This document shows positions 32,097-48,999 of a stretch of DNA of 64,000 nucleotides, one piece after another. The DNA comes from Blastocystis sp. Blastoise (taxonomy: Eukaryota > Protista > Bigyra: Opalinata), in NCBI GenBank assembly GCA_039096225.1, contig JBBPEB010000026.1, forward strand, positions 841,357 through 905,356. Direction: 5' to 3'. Position 1 is the first letter of the stretch. Every line of letters begins with the position of its first letter. The translations under genes were made by a program, and so were the position numbers. The notes below the pieces were generated by a model. The model was given only the letters and a program-made list of their open reading frames with translations. It was not told the DNA's origin and ran no database searches.

Positions 32097-33053
32097 GATT
32101 ACTATAATATAATTCTATATAGATAAAACAAATGAATTTAATGTTCCAATATTAAAATCAATTATTAATACATTAGAAACAAATTATGAATCATGGTTTT
32201 ATGGCTATTTAAATGGAGATATACTATTAAGTCTTAATATAGAAGATATATTAATAAAAGTATTAAATTCTATATATAAGAAAGAATTAAAACAAGAAGT
32301 TATTTTAGTAAGTACGCGATCAAATGTTCAAGATACATTCTTTTATAATAAAACTATTACTAATAATTATAATTATGTTGATTTATTAAATGAAGCTTAT
32401 GAAAATTCTGAGTATTATATTATACGTGCAATTGTATATAGATATTATGATTTATATTTATATATATTTTTTATTACTTTAGGATGTATTTATTGCAACA
32501 AAATATACACTAACAAATCATCTTGTTGATGATGCTGTAATAGGAAGATATTTTATAGATAATTATATAATGGATAATGCCAATTTTAGAAGTGAATTTG
32601 TTGAGGTTATAGATGTTACACCAAGTAGTATATTCTTTATATATATATATATATAAATAATAATAATAATTTATTTAATAGATAACAAATAGTAATAACA
32701 TGTAATAGCTTCTATATATAGTTTTAACAATACATATATCTGGGAATGAGCAATATAAAAGTGATCAAATACAATCAGATTTATTATATAATTCAAAATA
32801 TTTTGCTACAGAAAGTGAAGGATATTTTTGTGATATCTTGTTGTCAAGTTATTTAGTATGTTATTTTTTTAATTATTTTATTTTACTTGAACATAATTTA
32901 TAGATGAAAGAAACGAATCATTCATATATTTTTGTACCCATTCATGAATCCTATTTATGGCATAAAAAATATGAATTAAAACTATTAAGCTGTTATCAAA
33001 AATATCTAATAGAAAATAAGTGCTCAATATCAAGAACTTATAATGATTTGTAG
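31303..33053 (+). CDS. Type II membrane GT-A-like glycosyltransferase candidate, multi-exon
   Basis: N-terminal TM (IFYLSVCTACSIFIIFFV). Segments RFVVFTDS, TNEFNVPILKSI, FYGYLNGDILL (DxD-like), VILVSTRSN, DVFI..AVIGRYFIDNYIM..VIDVT..TIH. Stop TAG at 33051-33053. Confidence 0.7.
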
Positions 33054-34341
33054 AAAAAAGAAAAAAATTGTTGTTTCTACTTTTTAAAACTCAACAACTA
33101 TTAAGAAGTATATTCCAAAATTCGTTTTTTATGACGTTGAGAGTTACACATTTTTTTTTGAGGAATACATACTGTTGGGTAGAAAAGTAAAACATACTGG
33201 TGGATTATTATTGTTTTCTTTTAAGACCATATTCGAACTCAGTTTAGAAAAAAAATTAAATCGGTATAAAAAAATATAAGATGGAAAAGAATTTTGGATT
33301 GGAAAACAATTATTGTTTTTTGTTATTAATTTCTCTAAAACACTGTTGAAAATTCTAAATGGTTCTTTCTCGTTTATATTCAATGACGTTCATTAATTTT
33401 ACTTTATGGTATACTCTAAATAAGAAACAGACGATATTTGTCATATAAATATGAAATATTTGTAACTTATTTTTTTGTTATTTTCATTGAAGATTTGATA
33501 CTTGTTAAAATAAATTGAATATTATCGTGAGATCTTTATAGGGACTGGAAGAAAAGTAGGTATACTTTCTATCAATTTTTGTTGTTTTTTGGTGGAGAAA
33601 AGGCTTTTTATGCAAAAAAGTGGATTTGTCATTTTTTTTGATTTTGGTCTTTTTCTTTTAGTATTAGTTTGAATTTTGTTATAATGATATATAAATATGT
33701 ATATGTTTTGTCTCATGATGTTAATGCATATTCTTTTGCATTCAAATTAAGAAATAAATGAAAAACATTGTTGAGAAATTATACCATTATTATATATATA
33801 TATATATTAGTGACACAACTATTAAATCCAAAATGATTACATGAAACATATCATGTATAGAAAGATGTATAATTTAAGCCCATTTTATAAAACATTGTCA
33901 CTGATTTCACAAACAAAGCATTTCTATTGATTCTATTTATTAAGCCTACCATAAAAATATACAGAAAATGGTTACAAATTAGCAAATCACAAAAAATAGG
34001 CTTTAAAAAAGTATTCAATTTCCCTTTTTTTTTTTGTTTTGATTACTTGTACTTATTTTTCATTTGTAATAGTTTTTTATTTAAGCAAGCAAAAGCCTGT
34101 TTATCATGAACTATTAGTACATATAAATAAATTGAATATGAAATATTTAATACAAATAATATGAAAAAATTAACCACTTAAAAGAGTTATTTAATCGTGT
34201 CTTGAGTGTTGTCAACATATGATAACACAACATTCTACACAATATTATTTGTATTATGATATATACTGTCAATAACTTACAATATTATTAATTATAATAT
34301 TTATAATACCCACTAAAAAACACCTTTTAAATACATAAACA

Positions 34342-37300
34342 ATGGAGGAAAAAATAGTTATTTGTGTTTTATTAGATAATACAAAATATGAAGTTATTAT
34401 TTTCAATTATTGTATTCAAATAATACATAATATTGTTTTGTAAATATTTAATAAAAGCAATTGAAAAAGTTATTAAGTACCTAAAGTTGATATTTCATCA
34501 ATAAGTTGTATTCAAATATGTCTCCAGATATCTTATTTATTTTTTCGACTGTTGTGATATCATTGCTAATGGTTTGACTTCAATTCACAACTGTAAAAGT
34601 ATCATAAAACTATTTTTTTCATTCATTTCTCTCTTTATATAACTAGGATATGTGAATAAGAGTGAAATTATACTTTCTGGAAATACAAAAAAGGTCAATC
34701 AATATGCTGATAAAAGATGAAGACTATTCCATTCATATAAGCAATAGTATGTTCATAACAAACAATATATTATTAACTTTATTCCTTTCTTACATATCAA
34801 AATAAAAGAAATTATTAAAATAGAAAATGAAGATTAGCTTTGTTATGTTGCCAAATAAATTGAAAAATTGGGGAAAATATAATTATTATGGTTTTATATA
34901 TATATATATAATGTTTTTTGGTCGATTGTTATTTTAGAATGTAAATATGTTTTTCTCTAAAATTATTTGATATAAATTCATAAAAACATATTATTATGAA
35001 TTCTTAATGTTTCTAATGGTAAATCATTTTTTAAAATTTGAAAAATTATTAGTAGTGAGTGAAATATACCACTAAATATTTTTGATTTTCTCACATTTTT
35101 TTATGGAAACTTCAAAAATGATGAACTATTTACAATAAAAAAAGCATTTTGTACGCAAATTCTATTTTTTTCCAAAATTGTCTTTTTTTGGTGGAAAATG
35201 TGGAAAAAAGTGGAATCAAAAGCCCATTTTCTTTCAGTCCCATTATTTAATATAGTTAAAGAATTAGCTGATAAAATTGATGATAATCTATTTAATAAAA
35301 TAATGACAACTCATGTATTTCCAAATGTTACTGAAATTATATATGATGATGGTATAGATATATATTATATAAAGTATATATTATATATAGAATCTTTCAG
35401 ATTGTCTTCAATAAAAAAAGAATGCTTCCCTAAATTACATATTATCAATTACAATGTTACAATAAGTAATTTCATATATAATACATAACTATTATTTTTA
35501 TTCTAGCTACTAGTAATTTTGAGTTCCTTTTTCCTATGGATTTAATGTCAATAATTGATACTATTAGAATAAATAGAATTGATATCAACAATAACAAGGA
35601 AATAAATACTCTTTTAGATAACCTAGTTTATAGTCATTCAATTCATATTGATGAAATTAACCCATTACTTTGTAGTATATATATTTGATAGTATTACACT
35701 CTCTATACAATTACATTTCTTTGTTTTTATATAGATGGATTGATTTATTGTTTTCCACATTTAAAAGAATTATTGGAGAAAAATCTTATTTCCTTTGATA
35801 AAATTTATAGTATAAAATATATATATATATATTAAAAAAATATTATTTTATATGCTATATATTATTTTTATTCATATAAAGTTGATACTTCTGATTCTAT
35901 AAATGTCAAAAAATTGGATTCTTTTGAAAATTATAAACATAATATTGATCGTTTAGATATTACAGTCAGAGGTATTCATTTAATATATATTAATATTTAT
36001 TTATAGATAATATGGAAGATGATATAAGAAATTCTTTAGAAGGATTTTTAAAGAGTAGTGTATTAGAACATTTGAATGAATTAAATATTTCATGTATATT
36101 CTTTATTATATATTATTATGTTTTGTATAACGTCTATAGTTGAAGAAAACATAAGTTTTGAATATTTAACATGGATATCAAGTGTTTTTAATGATAATAA
36201 GATTACAGTTATTAAAAAATTAACGATTAATTGTATATTATATTATAAATATATGATAATATATAGTACGCTATATCAAGGAAGACTTATTCTCTGAATA
36301 TTTCACAATATTAGAAAACATAATGAATATACTGATTCCTATCGCATCTATTGTTTTTATTTATGGTAATTATATATATATGATGATGATTATGTTCAAT
36401 AATATTTTTTTAATTAATTTAAATATAATTATAAAGGAAATATGGCAGATATAAATAGATTGATTCTTAAAGGTTGTTTCCATAATATAACTGAATTATC
36501 TTTATGTATATATATATTCTGCAAACAAAACTTTTCAATAGAAAACATGACATATCTGATCTTATTTTAATACTTGTATTATTATAGACCCTGATGATAT
36601 ACCTGATGAACACTTTTGTGAACTATATACTACAGATAGTTTCCATAAGTTAAAATTGATCAAGTTTCGTATATATTTATAGTAACAATAAGATATATAT
36701 TATAAATCGTGAATTTTTGTGTATTCTTTCTTTATTATATAATATTTTTGTTAAATATTATATATATTAATAGGAACATTTAGAGACAATGATTGGTGGA
36801 ATGGTTTTATCCAAAAAATATGTATATATATGAATCATAACAACTTTCCATTATCAACTAGTATTCAATTAACTTGTATGTCAATCCAAATAATACACTA
36901 TTATTCATTAATGTTATTAATTCTATAGGTGGTTCTTCTTATACGTATATTTATGATCCTAATACTTCTATTCTTCGATGTAAACAGGATACTCATTCAC
37001 TTATGGAAACAATTATATGTACAGAAGGTATATATATGTAACTAATATGTATTATATAATATGTAGATAAAACAATAAATGAATATGAAATAAAAACATT
37101 ATTTGATTGTATAAATGAAAATAAGACGAAAAGTTTAAAAAGTTTAGAAATATGTATACATATATATAAATATTTTAAATTATATTTTTTTATAGATATT
37201 TATAATGAGGAACACTTATTAGAATTGATCAATTTTATAACTAATGGAAAGATTCCTAAATTGAAAGAATTTATAATTCATATCAGTATGTATATAGTTA

Positions 37301-37423
37301 TATATATCAATAATATTTTATATAGAGTATAAAATTTCAGATGAACACATTAATTCATATAAACAACAATTGATTGATTCTATGTTTATTCTAGAAAATC
37401 ATGTGTATTATAAATTCGATTAA
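34342..37423 (+). pseudogene. Multi-exon LRR-like repeat protein with a disrupted 5' part; exons from ~35200 to 37423 appear largely open
   Basis: Repeated FPxL/V motifs (FPNVTEI, FPKLHII, FPHLKEL, FHKLKLI, IPKLKEF) across many short exons; stop TAA at 37421-37423. The 34342-35190 segment has stops and frameshifts. Confidence 0.6.
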
Positions 37424-38249
37424 ATTAGGTAAATTATTTTATTTTTTTTTGTTGCTTTATATATAATCTATTTATTTTCTTATTTAAAAAAAAATTTAAA
37501 TTTCTATTAATTATATATATATATAAATTTATTATTTTATTTGAAAATAATGGAATAAAAATAATCAGTATATATGTTAGCTGTTGTTTTCAGTATTTGG
37601 TATTTTTTTAAATAATATATTATTGTTTGCTATGAATTCATTGTTTTATTGTGCTTATTAGGTATTCTTAAAGAAGAATAAATACTTCTATAGATATATT
37701 CTTATACAAAAATAATTTGAAATAATTTTTGGTAAAAAATGTTTAATAAGAGTTTACTACTATATATGAAGTATTAAAAAGAAAAAAGACTGTTTTGGAT
37801 CTACTTTTTTAAAAGAATTACAAATTCTTCATATTTAAAAAAATATTTGTTTTAGGGTTTCTTATGTGTTATAATATGTTTGCTTTACTGATTATAAAAG
37901 TAGTTTCAAAGTAAGCTGTAGAAGAATAAAGGAAATATGTTGTTTATATAAGAATCTCTTTTCATGCTTAATGTATAAAATACCAAATAGTTTTTTGTAT
38001 ATATATAATTAAATATCATATAGAAACTTTGATATAAAATAGATTAATATAGTATACCATCCAATAGAATTATACATGTTTATAAATATTGAAAAAAATA
38101 TGTTTTTATGATTCATTATAAATGTAAAATATATTTAAAAATTACAGTTATTAAATGTATATATATGATTTGCTATACTTGAAATCATTTTATATGCTAT
38201 TATATCAGAATTTAATTATTTATTATATAATTGATATTGTTTAAATAAG

Positions 38250-38870
38250 ATAATGAATAAGAAACGTTCTGTACTGTGAGCTAGTCATATTTGGTCTATA
38301 GATGAATATGGTAAATATATATAAATTAAGTATCTTAGATAATAATTTTTTGTTGAATAGTATATAAAAATAAAAGTGATCATAATTGTTTGGATGGAGA
38401 TAATATACTCATTTACATGATGATTATAAGGAGTATAAGATATATTAGGATTAATTATTTTAAAGAATAAAAATAGAAAACAATAATGATTTTTAAATTA
38501 ACTAGAAGGATATTGAAATTGAAAGAAATAAAATAATTTGAATGGGTAGAGAACTATATTATGAATGTAATAAATATATAAAAATATTAAATCGAGAATA
38601 GAATTGGAATGATTAGCTAAAGAAACATCATAATTGTGATGTAGATCAGTGATTCATGTGAATTATGATTATTTAAATAACATAGAATATGAATTGAAGC
38701 TCAAATAGATCCTATGAAGAAGATTTGAAACCAAATTGTGAATAAATGATAATTCTTACAAGTAATGAATATTAATTTATAATTATTAGAACACTCTAAT
38801 TAAGAATTAATATAGAATTGACTTGCTATCTTAGCTAATGGAATGAAGAATGACGATTATTTGTTTATTC
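38250..38870 (+). pseudogene. Highly decayed exon remnants, product unknown
   Basis: Purine-rich exon-like blocks bounded by TAG/GTA, with many stops. Confidence 0.25.
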
Positions 38871-39236
38871 TGATCTATTTTAATGTTATTCTTGTAGATT
38901 ACATGATTTATAAATAACAAAATCAAATATTTTTCTTTATAAATGCAATTTAAATGAATAATAAAGAGATTTAAAAAATGAATAAAAAAATGGATTTAAA
39001 TCTTTATTAATTATTAAATAAAAGTCAATGAATCAAAAATAATCGTGAATTGGTGAAAACCTAGTTTTTCATAAATATTTACGATTATTATTAAGTTTTA
39101 AGGCATAAAAAAAAATTTGTTTTCATTTAGTTTATTAACTAGAATTCTGAATTAGAGAAACAAGTTTCTCTTTATAGGATAGAAAAAGAGTTTTTAAAGA
39201 GTTTTCATTATTCTTTTATTCCTTATATTGTTAAGA

Positions 39237-39328
39237 ATGGTGAAAGAGAAGGTAGAATTTGATGCGAATAAGATGGTTGATATTCAGAAGGATGTAATTC
39301 ATTTTGAAAGACTGATTGGTGATTTAAT
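39237..39328 (+). pseudogene. Orphaned 5' end of the TLDc gene (MVKEKVEFDANKMVDIQKDVIHFERLIGDL), cut by the Pack-CACTA insertion
   Basis: Joining 39328 to 46403 (removing the element and one AAT) reads ...GAT TTA ATT GGT ATT TTA AGC AAG..., in frame with the 46452 ORF. Confidence 0.85.
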
Positions 39329-40423
39329 CACTATGAGGCAGGGTGGCCTATTTAAGAGTTTTGATTGGTTAATTTTAAAAATAGTCCAATAATTTTTCTT
39401 TAAAAAATTGACCTTCTAAAAAAGTGGTTTAGAGAAGGAATTTTTCTGAAAAACAAAAAAAAATAATTCTAAGTCGCTATTATTTTTCTATTTTTCTATA
39501 TTCTTCTCATATAGAGTTAATATGAGGTTTTTGACATTATATTCAATCAATAGGGTCTTTATTTGACAAACAGAGCTGCTTTTTATGTTTGTTTTCTTAA
39601 CATTAGTGGTTTGGAAATGTTGACTTATTTTCAATAAAAAATTGCTAAACGGTGTTCAATAGACCATGTAGACTCATAATATAAATGAAAAAACTTGTTT
39701 TATGATGTTTATAAAAAAAGTCAAAAACAAAAATTCAGACAGTCAAATTTTGTAATACACGGTAATTTTTTTCATTTCAAAAGAAAAAGAAAAATTTGAA
39801 AGTGGGTCTTTTGTTTTCTTTTTTTGTTGAACTTGATGTATGAATATGTATTTTGTTTTAATATATCATTTTTTATTTAGTGAGGATGTTCGTGTTTCAA
39901 ATTTGTTGTATTTTATATATTTTATTTTAGTTAATTCATTTCTTATTTTAGGTATCAGGTCTTTTAAAGATGAGACAACTCTGTCCATCGTGAAATTGGG
40001 TTCTGTGTTTTCCTAGGTGGTTCAACTGGATCAAAAATACTTTCTGTATATAATTATATTTTTTAATTAGCATTATTTATTTAATCTATCTTTATTTTAT
40101 AGTATAGAATGATTGCTGGTGATCAAAAGTGTTTATTTATTTATTATCTGTCAGTCTAGTAAGTATTTATATTAATTAGATTGTAATTACTTATTTTTTC
40201 TATTATATATATTTTTTAAATTTATTTTTTTATTAATTTATTATATTAATCGCTATCTTATTATTTCTACATTTTTAAATATAATTTTTATTCTATTTTT
40301 ACGATAATAAATTATATATATATAGACATACGAGTTAATACTTTCATTGAGTGAAGAACTTGTTTATCTTTTAATTTATTTTTTGTAGTGTTTATTATAT
40401 ATCAAAATATAGATGAGTATATA

Positions 40424-40684
<261 letters not shown>

Positions 40685-42308
40685 GATTATCTGTTCTTTT
40701 ACATATAAATTAAATAGATAGCTGGATTTGATTATAAATCTATATTTTCCCGTGGGAAGAAAGATAATTTCTGGTCGATGGGTGATGGTGTCGGTTCATG
40801 TGGTCAGTGTACTGAAAAAATTTATGCACATGTATATAGATATAGATAAATATAATAATAATATGAATCATAATTATTGATGATATTTTTATACTATTTA
40901 TATATATATAGGACACTGATTGATATATATATGATGATCTTCTCGAAGTATGGAATATTGTATTCATGGAATACGAGCAGAAGGAGTATATATATATATA
41001 TATAATTATATTTAATGATATTTGTATATTATAGTATATATATACAATATAATGAATAATTCTATATTTAATTTTATAATTATATATATTATATCTCTCC
41101 TTTTATCTTAGTCTTCCCTCGTTCCTCTGACACACTACTACTTCGACACACGAATGGTTCAGAACGTATGGCCAGTGTTGTATATATATATATATAATTC
41201 ATTACAGATATACTAATAATATACTATATATATATAGCTTCAAGGCGTATGTTCAAATTTTGATACAGATGTTTTCTATTCAATGAAAGATAATTTACTT
41301 GTATATATATGTATGTATATATTTTTTCTTAATTATATATAATATATATATATATTATAATATAAACTATATACAGTTAATTCGGTAACCCTATATAAAA
41401 ACTGATAAAAAGCACGTGCTCAATTTGAAAAGTTCCCGCCAAGCACTTCCCGCGTAAACCTATCACCGTATACTACGTTGCTTAATATTCTTTCAGACCA
41501 TTTCAGACAGTTTCAGCACTTATATATCTAGGTATATATCCATCGCCTACCGGTCGCGGATGTATACTAAGAAAACTAATTAGGTATATATATGTATATA
41601 TAATTGTTATTCATAAATACAATAAGGACAATCATATATAATTCTATATATATAGACGTTGTTTAAAATATGAGTATATATACAATATTCAATTCCCTTT
41701 CTTGTCTTCTTGTATTCCCGCGGTTATTCAATCTTTAGGTTTATATATATATATATATATATATATAATAGAACTGTTTTATCCTGATATTTCAAGTCAC
41801 GTGCAGGACATAACGTCAATTGTGGAGAATGAGGAAATGTATTTTTGGCGGGCATTTGAGTGCGGTAAAGATAAACTTGAAGACATAGTAAAATCATCAA
41901 AAGTATATACTTGTGTTGATTTATTTATTTTTAATTTTATTATTGTTATGCTTATTTGTATTATAAAGAATTGTATTTGTTATTATTATATATTATATAT
42001 TATATATGTATATATATATATATAGAAACGATCTATTCCCCCATCTCTCGTGGATTTGAACCAATTATATGGAAGTACAGGAATTTCATTGGATCTCTCT
42101 CTTGTATTATTGGAAGAATGTGGAATTGTGTTACAGAACACAAATATACCTGAGGATGAAATAGACCAATCAAAAAACAAAGATAATAAATCTAAAAGAA
42201 CAGTATTTATCATATATTTATTAGTTATATGTATATTTATTTATAGAATATAGGTTTAGATAGTTATGCTATTCCCGCACTTTCTGTTCTTTCCGCGCTT
42301 CACAATTC

Positions 42309-42355
<47 letters not shown>

Positions 42356-42857
42356 CTTCCTCCTCTTCTTTCAACACAATCAACGTCTAGTATACAAGCT
42401 ATATTGAATCCTCCCCGCGGGAATAAAGCTAAATATTCATATGTTTGTATCGATCCATGTCCATTCTTCCCCACGGGCGGGGGTCAACTGGGGGATCAAG
42501 GAACACTATTAACTGATGATGGAAACACTATTCCCATTATAGATACTGTATATATGCTATTTTATTATATATTGTTAGTCAATTATATATATATATATAT
42601 ATATATAGATTCGTGTGAATGATCATTTTATATTATTAAAAGCTTCCATTTCTGTTCCCGCGTCCCTCCTTCACGCACGTGTCAATCCCTCTGTTAACTC
42701 TGATAATTGAGCGTATATATATTTATATTAATATTTCTGTTGTTATTTTGCTTTTATTTTTCTCTATCTCTATATATATATAGTCAGACCTCTATTCATC
42801 ACACTTCTACTCATCTCCTTCATGAACTACTTCGAAGATATATTAATGATCCATGTA

Positions 42858-42950
<93 letters not shown>

Positions 42951-43376
42951 CTTATTAATCCTTTGAGTCCGCAATTCCCTCTAACTTCTCCTCTTCAGGC
43001 GGGAAGTCATGTAGATCCCTCTACAAGGCGATTTGATTATTCACTTAAAGAGGATCAAAATAGCTTGTCACAAGTATTAAAGAACGTTGAGAAAAGCATG
43101 AATATTATTACCAAACAATGTATATAGGAGTTATAATATAATAGTATAGCATAATATAGTATATAATATAATAGAATAATATATAATAGTTATAATATAA
43201 TAGTATAGAATATAATAGTATATAATATTATATTATATATAGCTAATCCTGTTCATTATGATTATATGTCCTATACTGACTCGATTTCCCGTGGTTATAA
43301 TGGTATATTTGCGGATAATTACAAAGAAACTGTTCGAGGAGTTGAAGTAGAAGGAGTTAGTAAAGAATTATGTGGA

Positions 43377-43452
<76 letters not shown>

Positions 43453-43700
43453 TTATTATTATTATTTTTATAACTATTATTATAACATTATTATAACATT
43501 ATTATAACATTATTATAACATTATTATTATAGGAACTCATTGTGAAAACATTAAAAATATTTATCCATTTATAACTCTCAAGAATTCATCTATTTCCGCG
43601 GGAATAAAAAGAGTAGAAGTAGTAACAGGTATGTATATGTTTTGAACATAATTCAAGAATCTAGTATTATTATAAAACTTTTTATTATATTTATATTTAT

Positions 43701-43765
<65 letters not shown>

Positions 43766-44206
43766 TCCAAAAGCAGTTGATTATTTATATAATGAGCATA
43801 TATCTTTAAAACATTGTGTGAGAAGCATAATATCCAATCATCTGCATTGGATAATGTTTTATCCAATCAAAAATAAATAATACAAGAATTATCCAATTAG
43901 AATAAGTTAATGATTAAATGTATTATTAAATCCATTCAGCCTACTACTTCTTATATATGTATATAACTATTATTATTATATTTTTTTGCTATTTATATAC
44001 TATGTTATTTATATATATAGGTAATAATAAAGAAGTTCACGTATATATCATACCTTCCGAATTCTCTTCCGAATGCTATCGAAAAAGAAGTCAATTCAAA
44101 ATCTATTAATATATATATATATAAATAATAATCAATCATATGCCAAAAACCTATGAAGATAATACTAGCTGGAAAGTATTTATAGCAAATCTTTGATGTA
44201 TACATA

Positions 44207-44531
<325 letters not shown>

Positions 44532-44621
44532 GTTATATAGGATAATGTACAGTGACTTAGATCTGTTAGATCAAATTATATATAAAGATTTAATAGATAT
44601 AAAGAATATTATATTGTAGAA

Positions 44622-44693
<72 letters not shown>

Positions 44694-46402
44694 CTATTAT
44701 TATTATTATTATTTCCTATATATACTATCCATTAGTATTATATATGTTTTATAGGCTAATTTAATTGAATATACTTTATTTAATTACAATAACCTCTTTT
44801 AAAATATCTTCATTATATTATTTTTTATATGATTTATTATCTTCCTTCTAGTCTACTCTTTGTATTAATTTTAATATATCAAAAGAAATAACCTATTTAG
44901 AAATAATAAACTATAAAGTAACTACTCTTCTTTCTCTTCTATTACTACATATGTATTATGAATTCTACAAATATATATATATATATATATATATACTCTC
45001 CTTCCATTATAAATATTAGTCTTTATTTGAATCATTATGTGTTTTGTTCAAAACTGATTTGTATTAAACTGCATGATAAATAAATGTCATTATTAAATTA
45101 GCTAATAATTAATTTTGTGTTTTAATAGTATCTATTATTATTGATATATTTTTCACTATAACAATATAAATCATATTTATTATTTTACTAAATCATTCAT
45201 GCAAGTGTATTTTTACTCTAATAAATATAGAAGAATAAAATTAATTTATTTCAAAGAATGTACTAATTAGAAAAAAGTAATGCCACATAAATTATCTTAT
45301 TTGATAATTTGTTCTGTTCTTATCAATTATGTCATATTATTATATCAATAGAACCTATACATGAGGGCAATTATGACTTCATTCCTTGAAAATATTAAAA
45401 TCGTTATTTCGGTAGTCTCTACACGTTATTAATAAGAATAAATAAACGTATACAACTCATTTTAAACTCTATTAATAGACTTTTGTTTAACGAAGACTTT
45501 TTAGTATTAAAAAAAAGAAAAACAGACGTTTTCATCTATCTCCTGGATTTAAATCAAATTTTAATGAAATTTTTATATATAAATAAAAAGATTCTTTTTT
45601 ACCCCCACCCCTGTTTATTTTTTTATATTTTTCAATCTTTACATAAATATTTTTTCTATTTATATTTCAAAAATATATAATAAAGGTTCTATAAAATGTA
45701 TTTTTATTATTTTATACATATAATAGTATATAGGTTTCTTTATATCATCAAAATAATAAGTAAATGAATACGATTATGGATAAGGTATATATATATTTAT
45801 TCTATAATTAATTCTATAGGTTTATTATATTATTATCAACTCAAAATATCAAAAACACTAATATTGGAAAGGTATGTTTCTATTCATTTTTACTAATTAT
45901 ATTCTAGCATCTATAGGAAGACCAAGTATCTCAACCTTGACCCATTACAAAGCTTCTTATCAATGGTATTTACTTATATTCACCTTTTATTCTTTACATT
46001 CTTATCATTTCTTTATATATAGGTATTGAAACTTTCTGCGGTCTTATTAGAGTGTTAATAGCTGTATAGATTACTCCATTACAAACTTAAATTGTTCTTC
46101 TCTTCTTCTTTTTTTTCCTTGTCTTTTTTTCTCTTTTCTTTGTTCTTTCTTCTGTATATTAATGCTTGAAAAGTTATCCAATCGTTTTGTTTATTTTAAA
46201 TATGTTTTATTGGCTGATATAAAATAATATATAATTTTCATTGGGTCATTTTTAAAGACATTTTTTATATTCCCGTGAATTTATCAAATATATTAAGGTT
46301 TTTCCCCATGCTTATAATTAAGCTGAGAGGGTTCTGATTCAGTCTGATGACAAAACCTCTCTTTGTAGAGGTTTTGTAAAAAAAAACTGCCTCATAGTGA
46401 AT

Positions 46403-47882
46403 TGGTATTTTAAGCAAGTCAATAAGTTTTTGTATTCATTCAGGTGAGTCCGTGAATGAATTAGTGAATCGATTAACAAGAAATTGTGAAGGAATGAATG
46501 ATAAGAATGGTGATGATCCACATATAATTATCCAAGAATCTTCTTTTCTGAATGAAAATGATTTAAATATGAATAATAATGATAATGGAATTGATTATAT
46601 TCGATTCACTAATAAAGGTCCAGTTTATTCTCTTCCTAAAAGAGTAACAAATAGTCTAGTGGGTAGTCTTCTGTATGAATGTTCCCAAGAAAATCAAAGA
46701 ACTAATGACGGAAGTATTTATTTGGATTATCGTGGTGATGAAACACTTTTTCCTTTATTAATCGATTCTTTAATGAATAAGAAAATAAATATTGATAAAT
46801 TGAAATTTGGAGATCAAATTGATTTATTAAATCTATTTGAATATTGTTATTTACCTATTCCTGAAGAATTAATGAAAACCTATTATAGAAGAGATCATGG
46901 TGTGAAACAATATGAAGAAGATGATGATGTTGTTCTTTATATAAATGATAAGGAAGATGATAGATTAAAAAAATACTTAAAGAAGAATGGATTAATGAAT
47001 AAGATTGTTAATGAATATGGTTATGGATATGTAGATTATGATGAAAAGAATAATGAAATGTTTATGAAGATGAATTATACATATATTGATCATATTTATG
47101 AATATATTCAATATAATTGTATTTATATTTCTGAAGAAGAAACAAAGAATATTAATAAAGAATTATTAGAGAATGAAATGTGTAGATTATTTGGTGATAA
47201 AGTAATAAATATAGTGGATGAATGTATAATCCCTTATTCATATTTCCCCTATACACGTATACTTACTAATAAATCCATGGAAATACCCTTAATGAATTGG
47301 CTTGGTAAAGAAAAGAAATGGAAATTATTATTTAGGTATTTATTATTTTATTATATTATATCATTATATATATAGAGCAAGTGAACATGATTTTTTTGTA
47401 AGTGAATTTCATAAATATTGTGATAATAAAGGAGAAACAGTAACTATAATCAAACATATAGGTAATAATAATCATATTAATATATTTGGAGGATATGCAG
47501 ATCAAAGTTGGGAATCTAGAACAAGCAACTGTATATTTATTTTATATAATCATTCAATATAATTTATATAGGTTATAAATCTCATTCTAAAGAATTTCTA
47601 TTTACTTTAAGTAATGAACATGGTATTCCACCTACTAAATATGATAATATTAATAGTAGCTATGGTATATGTTGTTCTTCTTCTTATGGTCCAACATTTG
47701 GAGGTGTTCGTGATATCTATATATCTGATGAATGTCATAGTAATACTAAATCTTTTTGTAAAGCATCTTCTTATTCTGAAGTGAATACTCCTCAAAGACA
47801 TTCATTATTTGTAAATACAAATAACTCTAATTCTCAAAATAATTATTAAGTAGAAGATTATGAAGTCTGGGGAAGAGCATAA
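46403..47882 (+). pseudogene. Remainder of the BTB-like + TLDc domain gene (transposon-split, with a premature stop)
   Basis: BTB/T1-like DGSIYLDYRGD. TLDc motifs KKWKLLFRASEHDF..FHKYCDNKGETVTIIK..IFGGYA..W..EFLFTL..YGPTFGG..DIYISD. Introns at 47336-47375 and ~47531-47571. TAA at 47847-47849 precedes VEDYEVWGRA*. Confidence 0.88.
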
Positions 47883-48999
47883 AAAGAATAATAAATTACT
47901 ATTTCTTTTTTATTTTCTCTCTTTATATATATTGTTTTCTTTTCTTTATTGAGAAAAGTTTTTCATTATATATATATTATTTTTAATAAAATATAAAAAA
48001 TAGTTTTGTTAATTGTTTTCTAACTGCATTCATACTATTAAAAGTTTATTAATATTAATTTTTATATAATACTTTCAATAATAAATAAATAGTTTTTTAA
48101 TAAAAATTATTTTCATATATATATTTATAAAATAGATATATAACAAAGGATAACATATAAATTATAAGAATAAACTTATAAAATATATGAAGGATAGGAA
48201 TTCTATGATAATAATAAGCATCAATACATTATTGTTTATTTAAATAATTAAAAACAATACTTATTGAAAGTTCAAAACAATAAATAGTTATCAATAATAT
48301 AAAATGAAAGGTGTTTCTATTCTTTTTTTATCAAAAATTTAATACTTTTTATAAACAATAATAATAGGAATACTATATGTATTAATATCAATTTATATAA
48401 TATATAAATAAAAAATAAATTATACTATTGAATTATAAAAATTTAAATATAAAAAAGATTAAAATAAATGTATAGAATGAATATTATTTAAAAGAAATGA
48501 ACAAATGTAATAAAATATTAATAATAAAACTAAATGATTTTTTTAAATATAATAAAAAATAATTTATAAACAAGAATAAGTTGAGAATAGTATAGAATTC
48601 ATGAATAGTATACAATTTACAAAAGTAGCCAAATGAACATTTTAATAGTATTTATAACTAATATAAAATAAGTATGATTATGAAAATAGTTTTTATTATG
48701 ATGAAGAGTATAAATATAGATGAATAATAGAATAATATAGAAAATTTGAATAAATAATAAAGAAGATAGATTTGATGAGATATATAAAAAATAATATAGG
48801 TGTCTTACCAATATTTTGTGGTACTTGTTGTGACTATCTCAGAAAGACATTTAAATCAGGCTTAATATAGTTGAAAAAAAACAATTTTACATTGTTAAAA
48901 AATAACAAAGGTGTCACTTTTTTATGACAATTGCTGTTCAATAAAAAAGTGTCATGGAAGAGAGAGATTATTATTATTATTATTATAGAGAACAATTGG

